DNA from: a virus
Taxonomy: Duplodnaviria; Caudoviricetes
IMG/VR virus record: IMGVR_UViG_3300022074_005559
DNA length: 64,000 nt
Direction: 5' to 3' (one strand)
The translations under genes and the position numbers were made by a program. The notes below the pieces were generated by a model that was not told where the DNA came from, ran no database searches, and was given only the letters and a program-made list of their open reading frames with translations. Below are positions 55,849 through 64,000 of this stretch, piece by piece; positions within the stretch are counted from its first letter, which is position 1; each line of letters begins with the position of its first letter.

Positions 55849-57221
55849 AGGTTTTCGTACCATTCTGCTAGTTCCGGAAATGTAATCGGAAAGTTTTTAT
55901 TACGTCTTACATCATACTGCTGGTAAAACTTTTTAAAATCGTTATGTAGTTTAGGCATGTCAAAACCTTCACTGTGAGGCTTGTTTACTACTTGTAAATA
56001 CTCGATGAGTCTGTCCAGTTGTCCTAGTTCAAACTCGTGAAAGTCCAAGCCTGCGTTGCGTAGTTCTGTAAGCCGTTGTGCATGACGCTGTCGCTGCTCT
56101 GTTGGCAACACCAGTGCGCTTTGAAAACTAGGGAAACGCAGTATATTAAAACTCATTACACAGAATCTATTACCGCCATATTGTTCGCGCTTTGCCATAA
56201 TACGATGTACAAGCTCTGGCAGTGTTTCTAAACACAGTGCATTCACTGTCATCATACAGTGTGTATCAATGTCTGCTTCATGCAAGCGTTGCACATTTTC
56301 CCACCATTGTTTAAACACCATGCCATCTCTAATATATTCTGCGGCACCGTCTATTGCTTCTGCACTTGTATATACACCCAAACTAGGCAAACGTTCTCGC
56401 ACATTTACCAGTCTATCAATAAGTTCTGGCTTTGCTACTAGGTTACTGTTAATAGCAAGACTGGTTTGTGTCTTATCGCCATTTTGTTCAAACCATTCAA
56501 TAAGTCTCCATAAACTGTCACTCATTAATGGCTCGCCACCCGTAACACGCAACTGCCTCAGTGTTTTGTGTAGGTCAGTTTCCCACCATTTAAAAAACGC
56601 TTCTACATATGGATTTGTTTGATCCCGTTTAAACAGTTGACTGCTGTTGTGCGGATGTATAAAGTGACCTCTGCCATCACTGACAAGGTCTTTGTATGCA
56701 CCATTTTGTTTGAGGTCTTTTACCCAAGTACTCGAAAATGCAGGGTTGCAATAACTGCAAGCAAAGTTACATGTTCTGTCAAAGGCGATCTCAAGACTTC
56801 TGAGGTCAAAATCGTCTCTGTAATCTGATTCAAATGCATCTGTTAGTTCCTCATTAGTATATATCCAACTTTTGTAAACACGGTCACTGATATGCTCTGC
56901 TCCCATGTCCTCAATCTTCCAACAATATTCACAGCCTTGTGGTCGTTCTCCGCACTGCATCTGATGTCTTTGTTGTTTTTTCTGCGGAGTGTTGTGCAGT
57001 AGTTTAGGATTTTTTGTAACTTCTACTGGATCAATCTTATGTGGCAGAGGATGGTGACAACTTGTAGTCATGCCACTGCCTAACCACACTGTGGCATTAT
57101 ACCATTTAGCACCACAAAAACTAGCACTGCGAGTGTCTAGGTGTTCACGTTTAAAATCATGCGGCGGTAGTGTATTTTGCAGTACTGCTTCTAAGTGATT
57201 ATTTGGATTGCCTTCGCTCAT
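55845..57221 (-). CDS. radical SAM protein with N-terminal Fe-S domain
   Basis: FCGAKW...SCHH...CEYC; CNFACSYC; TGGEP; INSN. Confidence 0.9.
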   Translation of the reverse strand: MSEGNPNNHLEAVLQNTLPPHDFKREHLDTRSASFCGAKWYNATVWLGSGMTTSCHHPLPHKIDPVEVTKNPKLLHNTPQKKQQRHQMQCGERPQGCEYCWKIEDMGAEHISDRVYKSWIYTNEELTDAFESDYRDDFDLRSLEIAFDRTCNFACSYCNPAFSSTWVKDLKQNGAYKDLVSDGRGHFIHPHNSSQLFKRDQTNPYVEAFFKWWETDLHKTLRQLRVTGGEPLMSDSLWRLIEWFEQNGDKTQTSLAINSNLVAKPELIDRLVNVRERLPSLGVYTSAEAIDGAAEYIRDGMVFKQWWENVQRLHEADIDTHCMMTVNALCLETLPELVHRIMAKREQYGGNRFCVMSFNILRFPSFQSALVLPTEQRQRHAQRLTELRNAGLDFHEFELGQLDRLIEYLQVVNKPHSEGFDMPKLHNDFKKFYQQYDVRRNKNFPITFPELAEWYENL

Positions 57222-57526
57222 GACAGTTTCCTTTTCAATATTTGTTTGACATCATCTTCTGTAAACTTGATATGCCATGTGCCATTAAAAGACACAAAAT
57301 CAACATTTGTTAAGTGTGCATAATCATGATTGTCTGTTGCCATTGTTGTGTATTCAAACAGTTCAGGCAGTGTTAAATCTTTGTACCTAATAGTGTTTAT
57401 TTTTATATAACTATTAGGATCTGTGCGATAGTCTTTGCCATAAAAGTGTAGTTTTAGTTCTGTAGGCGATATATTTTCACGTTTTATATAAAATGCACCC
57501 ACTGTTTCAAACTTAAAATCTATCAT
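57218..57526 (-). CDS. hypothetical protein
   Basis: 102 aa, ATGA-coupled on both sides. Confidence 0.6.
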   Translation of the reverse strand: MIDFKFETVGAFYIKRENISPTELKLHFYGKDYRTDPNSYIKINTIRYKDLTLPELFEYTTMATDNHDYAHLTNVDFVSFNGTWHIKFTEDDVKQILKRKLS

Positions 57527-58158
57527 TTAAATCTCGTTAATATTAGAACACTACTGCGAGGATACTTACCACTAAAGTTAGCACTGACATGAAAACGTTT
57601 TCTGGGCCAAGTCATTGCTGTACCTAGCCTCCAACAGTGTATACGGTCCACTGTAAAGCCTGCTAGTTTATCATAGTCTAAGTGCGTAAGTAATCCATAA
57701 TCAGTTCGGTCAAATGGTGTGTCGTCTAGTCCGTATTCTTCTCTGGTAGTCTGTTTATAAGTTGTAATACCTTTACTGCCCAATCCTGTCTCAGCATTAA
57801 ATGTGATAGCTCTGTCACTGCTCTGTTTGAACACCAGTGTATAATAAGCCTCTTCGCCTGTGTACCTAATAGGTATTAGATAACTGTTTGCAATATCGTC
57901 ATCTTTATCATGATCCAAATAGCCGTCGCTGTGTATACCGCCTGCACCATAATCATGATTGATGTTTACTGTGGTAATCTCTTCATTTGCAGGCAGTTTT
58001 GCTTGCAGTTGTGCTAGTTTATGTGCAAAGAAAGGCTGCGCATAATGACACATGGTTTGGTAGCGCAGTCCGTTGTCTCGAGTTTCCGGTAGCACAGTGT
58101 CATACCATAAAAACCAATCGCATTCTTCCTGCGTAAAAAAGTTGTCAATCTGTTTCAT
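57523..58158 (-). CDS. 2OG-Fe(II) oxygenase-like protein
   Basis: IHSD and distal HVS, followed by RSSV. Confidence 0.55.
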   Translation of the reverse strand: MKQIDNFFTQEECDWFLWYDTVLPETRDNGLRYQTMCHYAQPFFAHKLAQLQAKLPANEEITTVNINHDYGAGGIHSDGYLDHDKDDDIANSYLIPIRYTGEEAYYTLVFKQSSDRAITFNAETGLGSKGITTYKQTTREEYGLDDTPFDRTDYGLLTHLDYDKLAGFTVDRIHCWRLGTAMTWPRKRFHVSANFSGKYPRSSVLILTRFK

Positions 58159-58657
58159 TAGCAAAATATTCTTTTATTTGTGTTAGCACTGTGCGTGTAC
58201 TTTCCTGTCCTTCTTGTGTGTCTTGGCGTACACCCAGTCTACGTTGTATATCCAGTAGCAAAGGATTATCGAACTTCCAAACTATTGTTCCGTTATGACC
58301 AAGGTATGTATTGCCTTGTTGTGTGAAAGGTTCGTCCCAGGGTGCAACAATAGGATACTGTGTACATTCCCATAATATGTTTTTAAGGTCAATGTTGTTA
58401 ACATGTATATCAGTAACTTCTATAAACTTATCATGTTCATTATACATGTTTTTTCCATAATGTTCAACCGTTAACTTGCTTGTGCCATCAGGTTTAGGTA
58501 ACACTATAAACTCTACACTGTCTCCGTCTGCTTTAAAGTTTGCCACTTGTTCACCATCCCATAACACTCTGCACAAGGGCCAGCCATGAAAAGGATCGTG
58601 TTCACTATGAGTGTAGGATATCTTTAAAGTGATAGGTATTTTGTTTAATACGCTCAT
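58145..58657 (-). CDS. hypothetical protein
   Basis: About 170 aa, beta-rich; YLGHNG motif; start uncertain. Confidence 0.6.
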   Translation of the reverse strand: MSVLNKIPITLKISYTHSEHDPFHGWPLCRVLWDGEQVANFKADGDSVEFIVLPKPDGTSKLTVEHYGKNMYNEHDKFIEVTDIHVNNIDLKNILWECTQYPIVAPWDEPFTQQGNTYLGHNGTIVWKFDNPLLLDIQRRLGVRQDTQEGQESTRTVLTQIKEYFANETD

Positions 58658-60104
58658 AACTTGCTTTAAGTCTTTTTAGTTGATGGTCGCCATTCCATAC
58701 AGTGTAGCCCAGGTCCATGAGCAACTCTTGTAGGTCTATTCGTCGATTGATGCGTTCAAGCAGTGTTAGTTTAGGATTGTCTTTACTGGTCCAGTCTAGT
58801 CCAAATAATTCTGTGTCATCTTCTTGTGTAGGACTAAGTCCGTAGTGTATACTGTCTTGGTGCAATGGACTGCCCTCATCAATACTTAGTGTGCCTCCGA
58901 GGTTAACACCAAATATAGTTCCGTCCATTGCATAGCCTTGGTATTTTGTAAACTGTTGCATAGTTTCTAAATGATGATCTTCAGTCTCTGTAGGGTATCC
59001 AACAATCATTAAGAAGTAACAGTTAACATTATTTAACCTAAACTGCTCCAAGGTGTAATCCAAGTCAGCATTGGTAAAGCCTTTGTTCATGTCTATGCGT
59101 ATTTGTTCGCTAAGACTTTCCACACCCATTGCCAGACCATTCATGCCACTTTGTGCGGCAAAACGATAATCCTCAGGTGTGAGTTGTTTTGCTGTTCGTA
59201 CAATCCATTGCCCGCCCCAACTAAAAAACTTGTCTGGTAGATTGTTTGCACGATAGTAGTCTACCAGGCTGCGACTAAGGTCACGGAAACTTTTTAGACT
59301 ACCATTAATCAAACTGTCTGTAAAAAAGAAATCAGTAACACCATGTTTTTCATAATGGTGTATCATTTCCTGTGCTACATTGTCACCGTCACGGTATGTA
59401 TACTTTTTCCAAAACGCATGTATATCACAAAAACTACAGCGTCTTACACAGCCGCGACTTGTGGTTACTGGCAACTGTGTGCGTCCAATAGCATAATGAT
59501 ATTTGTAATCTATAACATCATCGTAGTCTGGAAACGCAACACTGTTTAGATCCTCAATCTGTACATAGTTGTCATTGTTTACACCTGGCCCTGCATTATC
59601 TACAAGTATGTCTAATAGTGCATACTCTCCTTCGCCTCTTACATAGTAGTCCACAAGTCCGACATTTTTTAGTGCATTACCAAAGTCATTGGTCTGTGTA
59701 GCAATACCTGTGGTGCTCAGACCTGCACCCCCTATGATAATCTTGCCTTTATAGTGCGGACGAAGAAGTTTACATAGTTCTTGCGTGGCACGTTGACATT
59801 CAAATGTAAACACACTGATGCCAACAAAGCGAGGATTAACATCTAGCACATAGTCTACTACCTCTGCATACCATGTGTCAATGATTGTTTTACAACGGTC
59901 GTTTAGTTCGCTGTTAGGAATAGTAAAATAGTTTGTGATCGTTTCAAAGTCATCTTCGTCTTTAATGCTGTCCAGCAGTTCAAAGTTTGTGTCTTTTACA
60001 GTGCATGTAAAGCCGTTTTCTTGCACGACACCTTTTAGCAAACTAGTGCCTGCAGGAGGGTACACTAAACTAATGCGTGGTACATTAAGTAGCAATAAGT
60101 CCAT
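58605..60104 (-). CDS. cobalamin-binding radical SAM enzyme (class B methyltransferase-like)
   Basis: B12 domain (VGISVF, IIIGGA, GEGE); TSRGCVRRCSFC; GVES; IVGYPTET. Confidence 0.88.
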   Translation of the reverse strand: MDLLLLNVPRISLVYPPAGTSLLKGVVQENGFTCTVKDTNFELLDSIKDEDDFETITNYFTIPNSELNDRCKTIIDTWYAEVVDYVLDVNPRFVGISVFTFECQRATQELCKLLRPHYKGKIIIGGAGLSTTGIATQTNDFGNALKNVGLVDYYVRGEGEYALLDILVDNAGPGVNNDNYVQIEDLNSVAFPDYDDVIDYKYHYAIGRTQLPVTTSRGCVRRCSFCDIHAFWKKYTYRDGDNVAQEMIHHYEKHGVTDFFFTDSLINGSLKSFRDLSRSLVDYYRANNLPDKFFSWGGQWIVRTAKQLTPEDYRFAAQSGMNGLAMGVESLSEQIRIDMNKGFTNADLDYTLEQFRLNNVNCYFLMIVGYPTETEDHHLETMQQFTKYQGYAMDGTIFGVNLGGTLSIDEGSPLHQDSIHYGLSPTQEDDTELFGLDWTSKDNPKLTLLERINRRIDLQELLMDLGYTVWNGDHQLKRLKASYERIKQNTYHFKDILHS

Positions 60105-60723
60105 TTGCGTAGTATTCCCAACTGTGTGTATCTTTGTAGTCCCAATGACATCTATGCCACTGTGTATATATTTGTTTTGCACGAATGTAGTCTATGTCTA
60201 CAAGCCATCTTGTGTCATGATAAAAATGATCAAAGTGCCCTTGGTATAAACTGTCTGTATAAATCACATCAACGCCACTAGTCTCCATTGCGCACTTGCG
60301 ATCATACATTATTTCGTGCATGTTAAGTATGTTTTCTTCTCGTGTACTGCCGCCAAAATCCAGTATGTTACCTGCTTTTTCTATGTAAGCTCTGACTTGC
60401 CAATCAAATGCCATGCGACTTTTTGGTAGCACTGCTACACAATGTCCTAGTGTTTGTAGTTTTTTGAAGTCTTTGGTGTTGTGGAAAGCACTGTGGTTTA
60501 CATACAAGTTTGACTCTAAACTGTCTATGTTTACACTATCTGCTACTATGTTTATTCTTGTTGTGCGTTCCTTTTCTATCCAACTGTTAAACGTACCATC
60601 ATACAGTGTGTTTACCAAGTTATAATCGAAAGGACAGGTGTAGCGATTGTCTAGTAAGAAAAGGTTTTTAACTAGATTTGTTCCTGCTCCTAAATCACCT
60701 AACAGTATTAGACTATCTTGCAT
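60085..60723 (-). CDS. hypothetical protein, possibly sulfotransferase/P-loop-like
   Basis: ILLGDLGAGTNLV N-terminal loop; weak. Confidence 0.4.
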   Translation of the reverse strand: MQDSLILLGDLGAGTNLVKNLFLLDNRYTCPFDYNLVNTLYDGTFNSWIEKERTTRINIVADSVNIDSLESNLYVNHSAFHNTKDFKKLQTLGHCVAVLPKSRMAFDWQVRAYIEKAGNILDFGGSTREENILNMHEIMYDRKCAMETSGVDVIYTDSLYQGHFDHFYHDTRWLVDIDYIRAKQIYTQWHRCHWDYKDTHSWEYYANGLIAT

Positions 60724-62068
60724 GATACTTGCACTGGTTCCAAAAACTTGCCATCTCCGGAAAGGTTGCTAAAAAGTCTGTGCCTCTCCGACGATCGTGT
60801 TCATTAAAGAATCTATAAAAATCAGCACGTTTGCGTTCTACGTCTGAAGTGCCTTGTAACATCCAATCTAAATCACGTTGCATTTTTTGAACTTCATAGT
60901 CTTTAAAGCCATGCATTTCGTCTAAGTTATCTTGCATATATCTAATACAATCCTGCAAAACTAACTGATATTCTCCAGGCAGTATTTGCATGCTTTGCCA
61001 TTCTGGAGTATACAATAGTGGAGTATCAAACCATACACGTTGATATGTATCAGTGTAAGTTTTACGCAAGTATACAATATGCTCTAGCAACCGTTGTAAA
61101 CCAAGTATGCTGAGATTGTTCATTGTAATGATAAATGTAAGACTACTGCGTCTTGGGATGTCTCGAATAAACTCTTCACATCTATTTATCGCCAGGTCAA
61201 AGTCCAGTCCATGTCGGATATATTCTGCTTGCGCACCCCAAGTGTCTAGACTTACAAACTGCATGAAGTGTTCAATGTTTTCTCCATCACATAGTCGCTG
61301 TACATAAGTTTTGTACTTGTTCCACACTGTGGGATCAACACTGAAGTTACTAGTGACGTTTAAATGCAAGTCTTGCTTGGGATTGTCTAACACATAATCA
61401 AACACACGATATGTGTTAGGATCCATAGTAGGCTCGCCGCCTGTCATTCTAAAGTGTTGTAACGATGGGTAAAGGTCGGGCCACCATTTCCAGAACGCTT
61501 CTCGGTAGGGGTTGTCTTCTCTGTTAGGTATAGCCCTGCGTTCTCCGGAAAAGTGTTCTGGGGCATTGTGCGGTACACTTGTGGGCCATGCTCCGTGTTC
61601 GTTGGATTCACGAGTCCACATGCTGCTAAACTGAGGACTGCAATAACTGCACTTAAGATTACATACATTATTAAAGTTTACCTCCATGTAACTTGGGTTA
61701 ATATCTGCTAAAGGACGATTTATTATCTCATCAAAACTATTCATAGCCCATGGCTCACCACTGCGATAATGTCTATCGCTGATATTGCCTTGACTTTCTA
61801 TATTCCAACAATACTTGCAATCCGTACACTTGATGCCTGCCATCATTTCTGCACGACTTGCTTTTTTGTGTGCAGTGTTGTGCAGTGCGCTTGGATTAGT
61901 TGCTAATGGTTCAACTGGTATTCGATGCAGTGGCGGATGATAGCAACTGTTTGTGTGTCCGGTTGTAAGATGCAAACTAACTTGTTTCCACTTAGCCAAA
62001 CAAAAACTATCGCTGACTGTTGCTAGTTTATCTTTGGCTGCTAGTGCATCTTTATAGTAATCGCTCAA
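60713..62068 (-). CDS. radical SAM protein with N-terminal Fe-S domain
   Basis: FCLAKW...SCYH...CKYC; CNLKCSYC; TGGEP; SLD; paralogue of 55845-57221. Confidence 0.9.
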   Translation of the reverse strand: MSDYYKDALAAKDKLATVSDSFCLAKWKQVSLHLTTGHTNSCYHPPLHRIPVEPLATNPSALHNTAHKKASRAEMMAGIKCTDCKYCWNIESQGNISDRHYRSGEPWAMNSFDEIINRPLADINPSYMEVNFNNVCNLKCSYCSPQFSSMWTRESNEHGAWPTSVPHNAPEHFSGERRAIPNREDNPYREAFWKWWPDLYPSLQHFRMTGGEPTMDPNTYRVFDYVLDNPKQDLHLNVTSNFSVDPTVWNKYKTYVQRLCDGENIEHFMQFVSLDTWGAQAEYIRHGLDFDLAINRCEEFIRDIPRRSSLTFIITMNNLSILGLQRLLEHIVYLRKTYTDTYQRVWFDTPLLYTPEWQSMQILPGEYQLVLQDCIRYMQDNLDEMHGFKDYEVQKMQRDLDWMLQGTSDVERKRADFYRFFNEHDRRRGTDFLATFPEMASFWNQCKYHAR

Positions 62069-63014
62069 AATCTTTATCCATCATTTCATTTAGTAGTGTT
62101 TGATTTGCTTGTAATCTATCTTTAAGAGTATTACAGTCCGTGTCACTTTGCATAAACTTTTTCAGACTTGCATACATCATGTCAATCCTAATATAGTCTG
62201 ATTGTGTGTCATAACTCTTATCCAATATGTCATCGAAAATATCAAAGCCCATATCTTTAAGACGTTGCTCACAGTCTTTACTGCCTGCTATCATAAACAG
62301 TCTTCCATATTGAATAGGTCTCCACGTTTTTTCTGTGATATACATTGTATTGTCTGTGGTTACAGTTTCGTATGCAAGTTCAATACTAACAGTTTTATAT
62401 ACACTAGTCCAAAAATCTACATCATACTGATTTCCTAAGTTGATAGGATGTTTTCCATATGTTTTTTGAAAATCGCTGTAAGGAAGATCTTCTAATATAT
62501 TTTTATACTCATTGATATATTCTAATGCAAACTCCTGAACAGGTGTAACTTTGTATGCCATTGGGTCATGATGAAAAGTAGTTACACTTCTATCCTTGAA
62601 TAAAAAGTTTTTGTGTTTAAGATACCCGTACATTCTATTATTATCAGCTCTGCCTAACAGTTGACAATAAGTATGTTGTTTTGGAAAACCGATATCTGCC
62701 GGTATTTTTAACCCTTTCATTGCAACCAATGCCTCATTCCAGCCTATATATTTGCATTCAAATATATCACTTTTAGCAAGCATATCATTTGTAATAAAAC
62801 TAATAGTTTCATACGGAATGCTTAAATGATCTGCAATATTTTTTACGGCTAATTCTAGTCCGTTGTGCGTTATATCAAACCCTTCATTATTCAAACTTAA
62901 ACATATTTTTTGGTCAATGCTGTTATGGAAATGTTTTGCTATTTCACATGCTAATATTTCAATGTCGAGGGTAGAAGCGGTAGTGCAATAAGGAGTTACA
63001 TCAATAGTTACCAT
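62052..63014 (-). CDS. exostosin/GT10-like glycosyltransferase-like protein
   Basis: YET...ITEKTWRP...FMIAG...MGFDIF...SYD. Confidence 0.5.
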   Translation of the reverse strand: MVTIDVTPYCTTASTLDIEILACEIAKHFHNSIDQKICLSLNNEGFDITHNGLELAVKNIADHLSIPYETISFITNDMLAKSDIFECKYIGWNEALVAMKGLKIPADIGFPKQHTYCQLLGRADNNRMYGYLKHKNFLFKDRSVTTFHHDPMAYKVTPVQEFALEYINEYKNILEDLPYSDFQKTYGKHPINLGNQYDVDFWTSVYKTVSIELAYETVTTDNTMYITEKTWRPIQYGRLFMIAGSKDCEQRLKDMGFDIFDDILDKSYDTQSDYIRIDMMYASLKKFMQSDTDCNTLKDRLQANQTLLNEMMDKDFERLL

Positions 63015-63919
63015 CCTTCATGCCTTCTAATCATGTCTATTTCCAAACTCATGGGATCACTAGGACAGTAGGTTTCAGCATAGTATTTTTTGAAAAACTT
63101 ACTACTGTAAGTATCTAAGTTTAACATAGGCAAACCTAATCTACTTAGTAGCGCACCGTTTATTTCCGGCATTTGTAAAACATCAAACTCGTTGAAAATG
63201 CGTTCTAAGTTTTCGAACCATTGTACTTCTGTATGATCCCAGTCTGTAAGCATGGTCATGTATGTACCAAGTCTTGCTCCGTTTATAGCAAACTCGCCAT
63301 GCTCTGCATCTCTGCCTACATTATGCCAAATGCTCAGTCTATCGAAGTTTGATTTATGCACCATATCCTCAAACTCTTGCAAGGTAGGTTTAGTGCCATT
63401 GCGTAAGCACATCTTTACACCTTCACGAAAGCCAGCTCTAAATGCATGCTTGTTGCTGCCATTTGGATAGGTTGTACTGTAAACATTATTCATTGCTAGG
63501 TACTTAGGATCGTAGCAAAACTCTACTGCCGTTTCATCACTACCGTCGCTGTGTTCGTGTGTGCGCATGTTGTATACAAAGTCTTTTGTCCAGCAACTTA
63601 ATCCTCCATTGCCGTACATAAGTCCGTTGATGTCATTTACTGCTTTCCAACGGAATACACAATCCTCATGCTTGTCCTCAATGTCTAGTGTAACATCAAA
63701 AAACTCTGAGAAGGGCATGTTGTCGCCATCAATGAGAATAAAGCGTTCTGTGTCACTTGCATCTGCTGCCGCTTTATGAGCCGCATCACTGCCTTCTACG
63801 CCATCAACACGCTTTGCCCAAGGCACCATGTTTTGGATCTTTACCCAAAACTCTTCTTTTTTTGGCTCATCGTAACTTAGATAAACACAGTCTAAGTCTG
63901 CTACATCAACTTTTAACAT
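63008..63919 (-). CDS. glycosyltransferase-like (GT-A-like) phage protein
   Basis: CVYLSYDE...GVEGSDAAHKAAA, DxD in IDGDN, YGNGG, FRAGFREGVK. Confidence 0.6.
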   Translation of the reverse strand: MLKVDVADLDCVYLSYDEPKKEEFWVKIQNMVPWAKRVDGVEGSDAAHKAAADASDTERFILIDGDNMPFSEFFDVTLDIEDKHEDCVFRWKAVNDINGLMYGNGGLSCWTKDFVYNMRTHEHSDGSDETAVEFCYDPKYLAMNNVYSTTYPNGSNKHAFRAGFREGVKMCLRNGTKPTLQEFEDMVHKSNFDRLSIWHNVGRDAEHGEFAINGARLGTYMTMLTDWDHTEVQWFENLERIFNEFDVLQMPEINGALLSRLGLPMLNLDTYSSKFFKKYYAETYCPSDPMSLEIDMIRRHEGW

Positions 63920-63998
63920 ATGGATTTCTTTCTAGTTCCTGTTGCGTTAGGTTCCAAGTACGTTGCTTGGGGGGAGTGAATACAAGTTCATTTTCTAT
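63906..63998 (-). CDS. 3' end of a gene truncated by the window edge
   Basis: Open frame IENELVFTPPKQRTWNLTQQELERNPYVKS*, overlapping the next start. Confidence 0.5.
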   Translation of the reverse strand: MENELVFTPPKQRTWNLTQQELERNPYVKS

Positions 63999-64000
63999 AA

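Noticed and set aside
1-64000. CRISPR array, tRNA, rRNA, integrase or transposase
   Set aside because: No regularly spaced repeats, cloverleafs or recombinase motifs were recognised by eye; intergenic gaps are mostly too short. A tRNAscan/CRISPR search was not run.
1-64000. Alternative genetic code (stop-codon reassignment)
   Set aside because: Known genes are full length under code 11, and TAA, TGA and TAG all terminate genes at expected positions.
1-64000. Bacterial chromosome O-antigen/LPS locus
   Set aside because: Sugar genes are interleaved with phage PolB, clamp, T4-type RNase H and DsbA, T4-late-like motifs and many small phage ORFs; no Wzx/Wzy or housekeeping context.

Overview
This window is best read as 64 kb of a large, AT-rich lytic dsDNA phage genome (T4-like or jumbo myovirus style, probably aquatic), not a bacterial chromosome. 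Genes are densely packed and translationally coupled (TAATG/ATGA overlaps). They run on the + strand to about 43,960 and on the - strand after that. Core phage genes seen: family-B DNA polymerase, sliding clamp, T4 RNase H-like nuclease, DsbA/GapR-like DNA-binding protein, ThyX, and a MoxR ATPase plus VWA pair. Two large accessory systems dominate. (1) A 7-deazaguanine DNA-modification pathway: a DpdA-like transglycosylase, FolE, QueD, QueE and a QueD-paralogue with a DpdL-type motif, with no QueC in the window. It is interleaved with sugar redox enzymes, a GT-B glycosyltransferase, UDP-glucose dehydrogenase, a nucleobase permease and a purine phosphoribosyltransferase, and the queD-queE leader contains a preQ1-riboswitch-like hairpin. 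(2) A glycan/small-molecule tailoring island: an array of radical-SAM enzymes, a B12 radical SAM, ferredoxin-NADP reductase, carbamoyltransferase, amidinotransferases, aminotransferases, APS-kinase/nucleotidyltransferase and glycosyltransferase-like paralogues. Also present: a lipoprotein subtilase with a beta-barrel-like tail, an endonuclease/methyltransferase-like cassette, and a recurring GGTTGACA-N16-TA promoter family. All functional calls come from recognising motifs by eye; no database searches were run. No tRNA, rRNA or CRISPR array was recognised.
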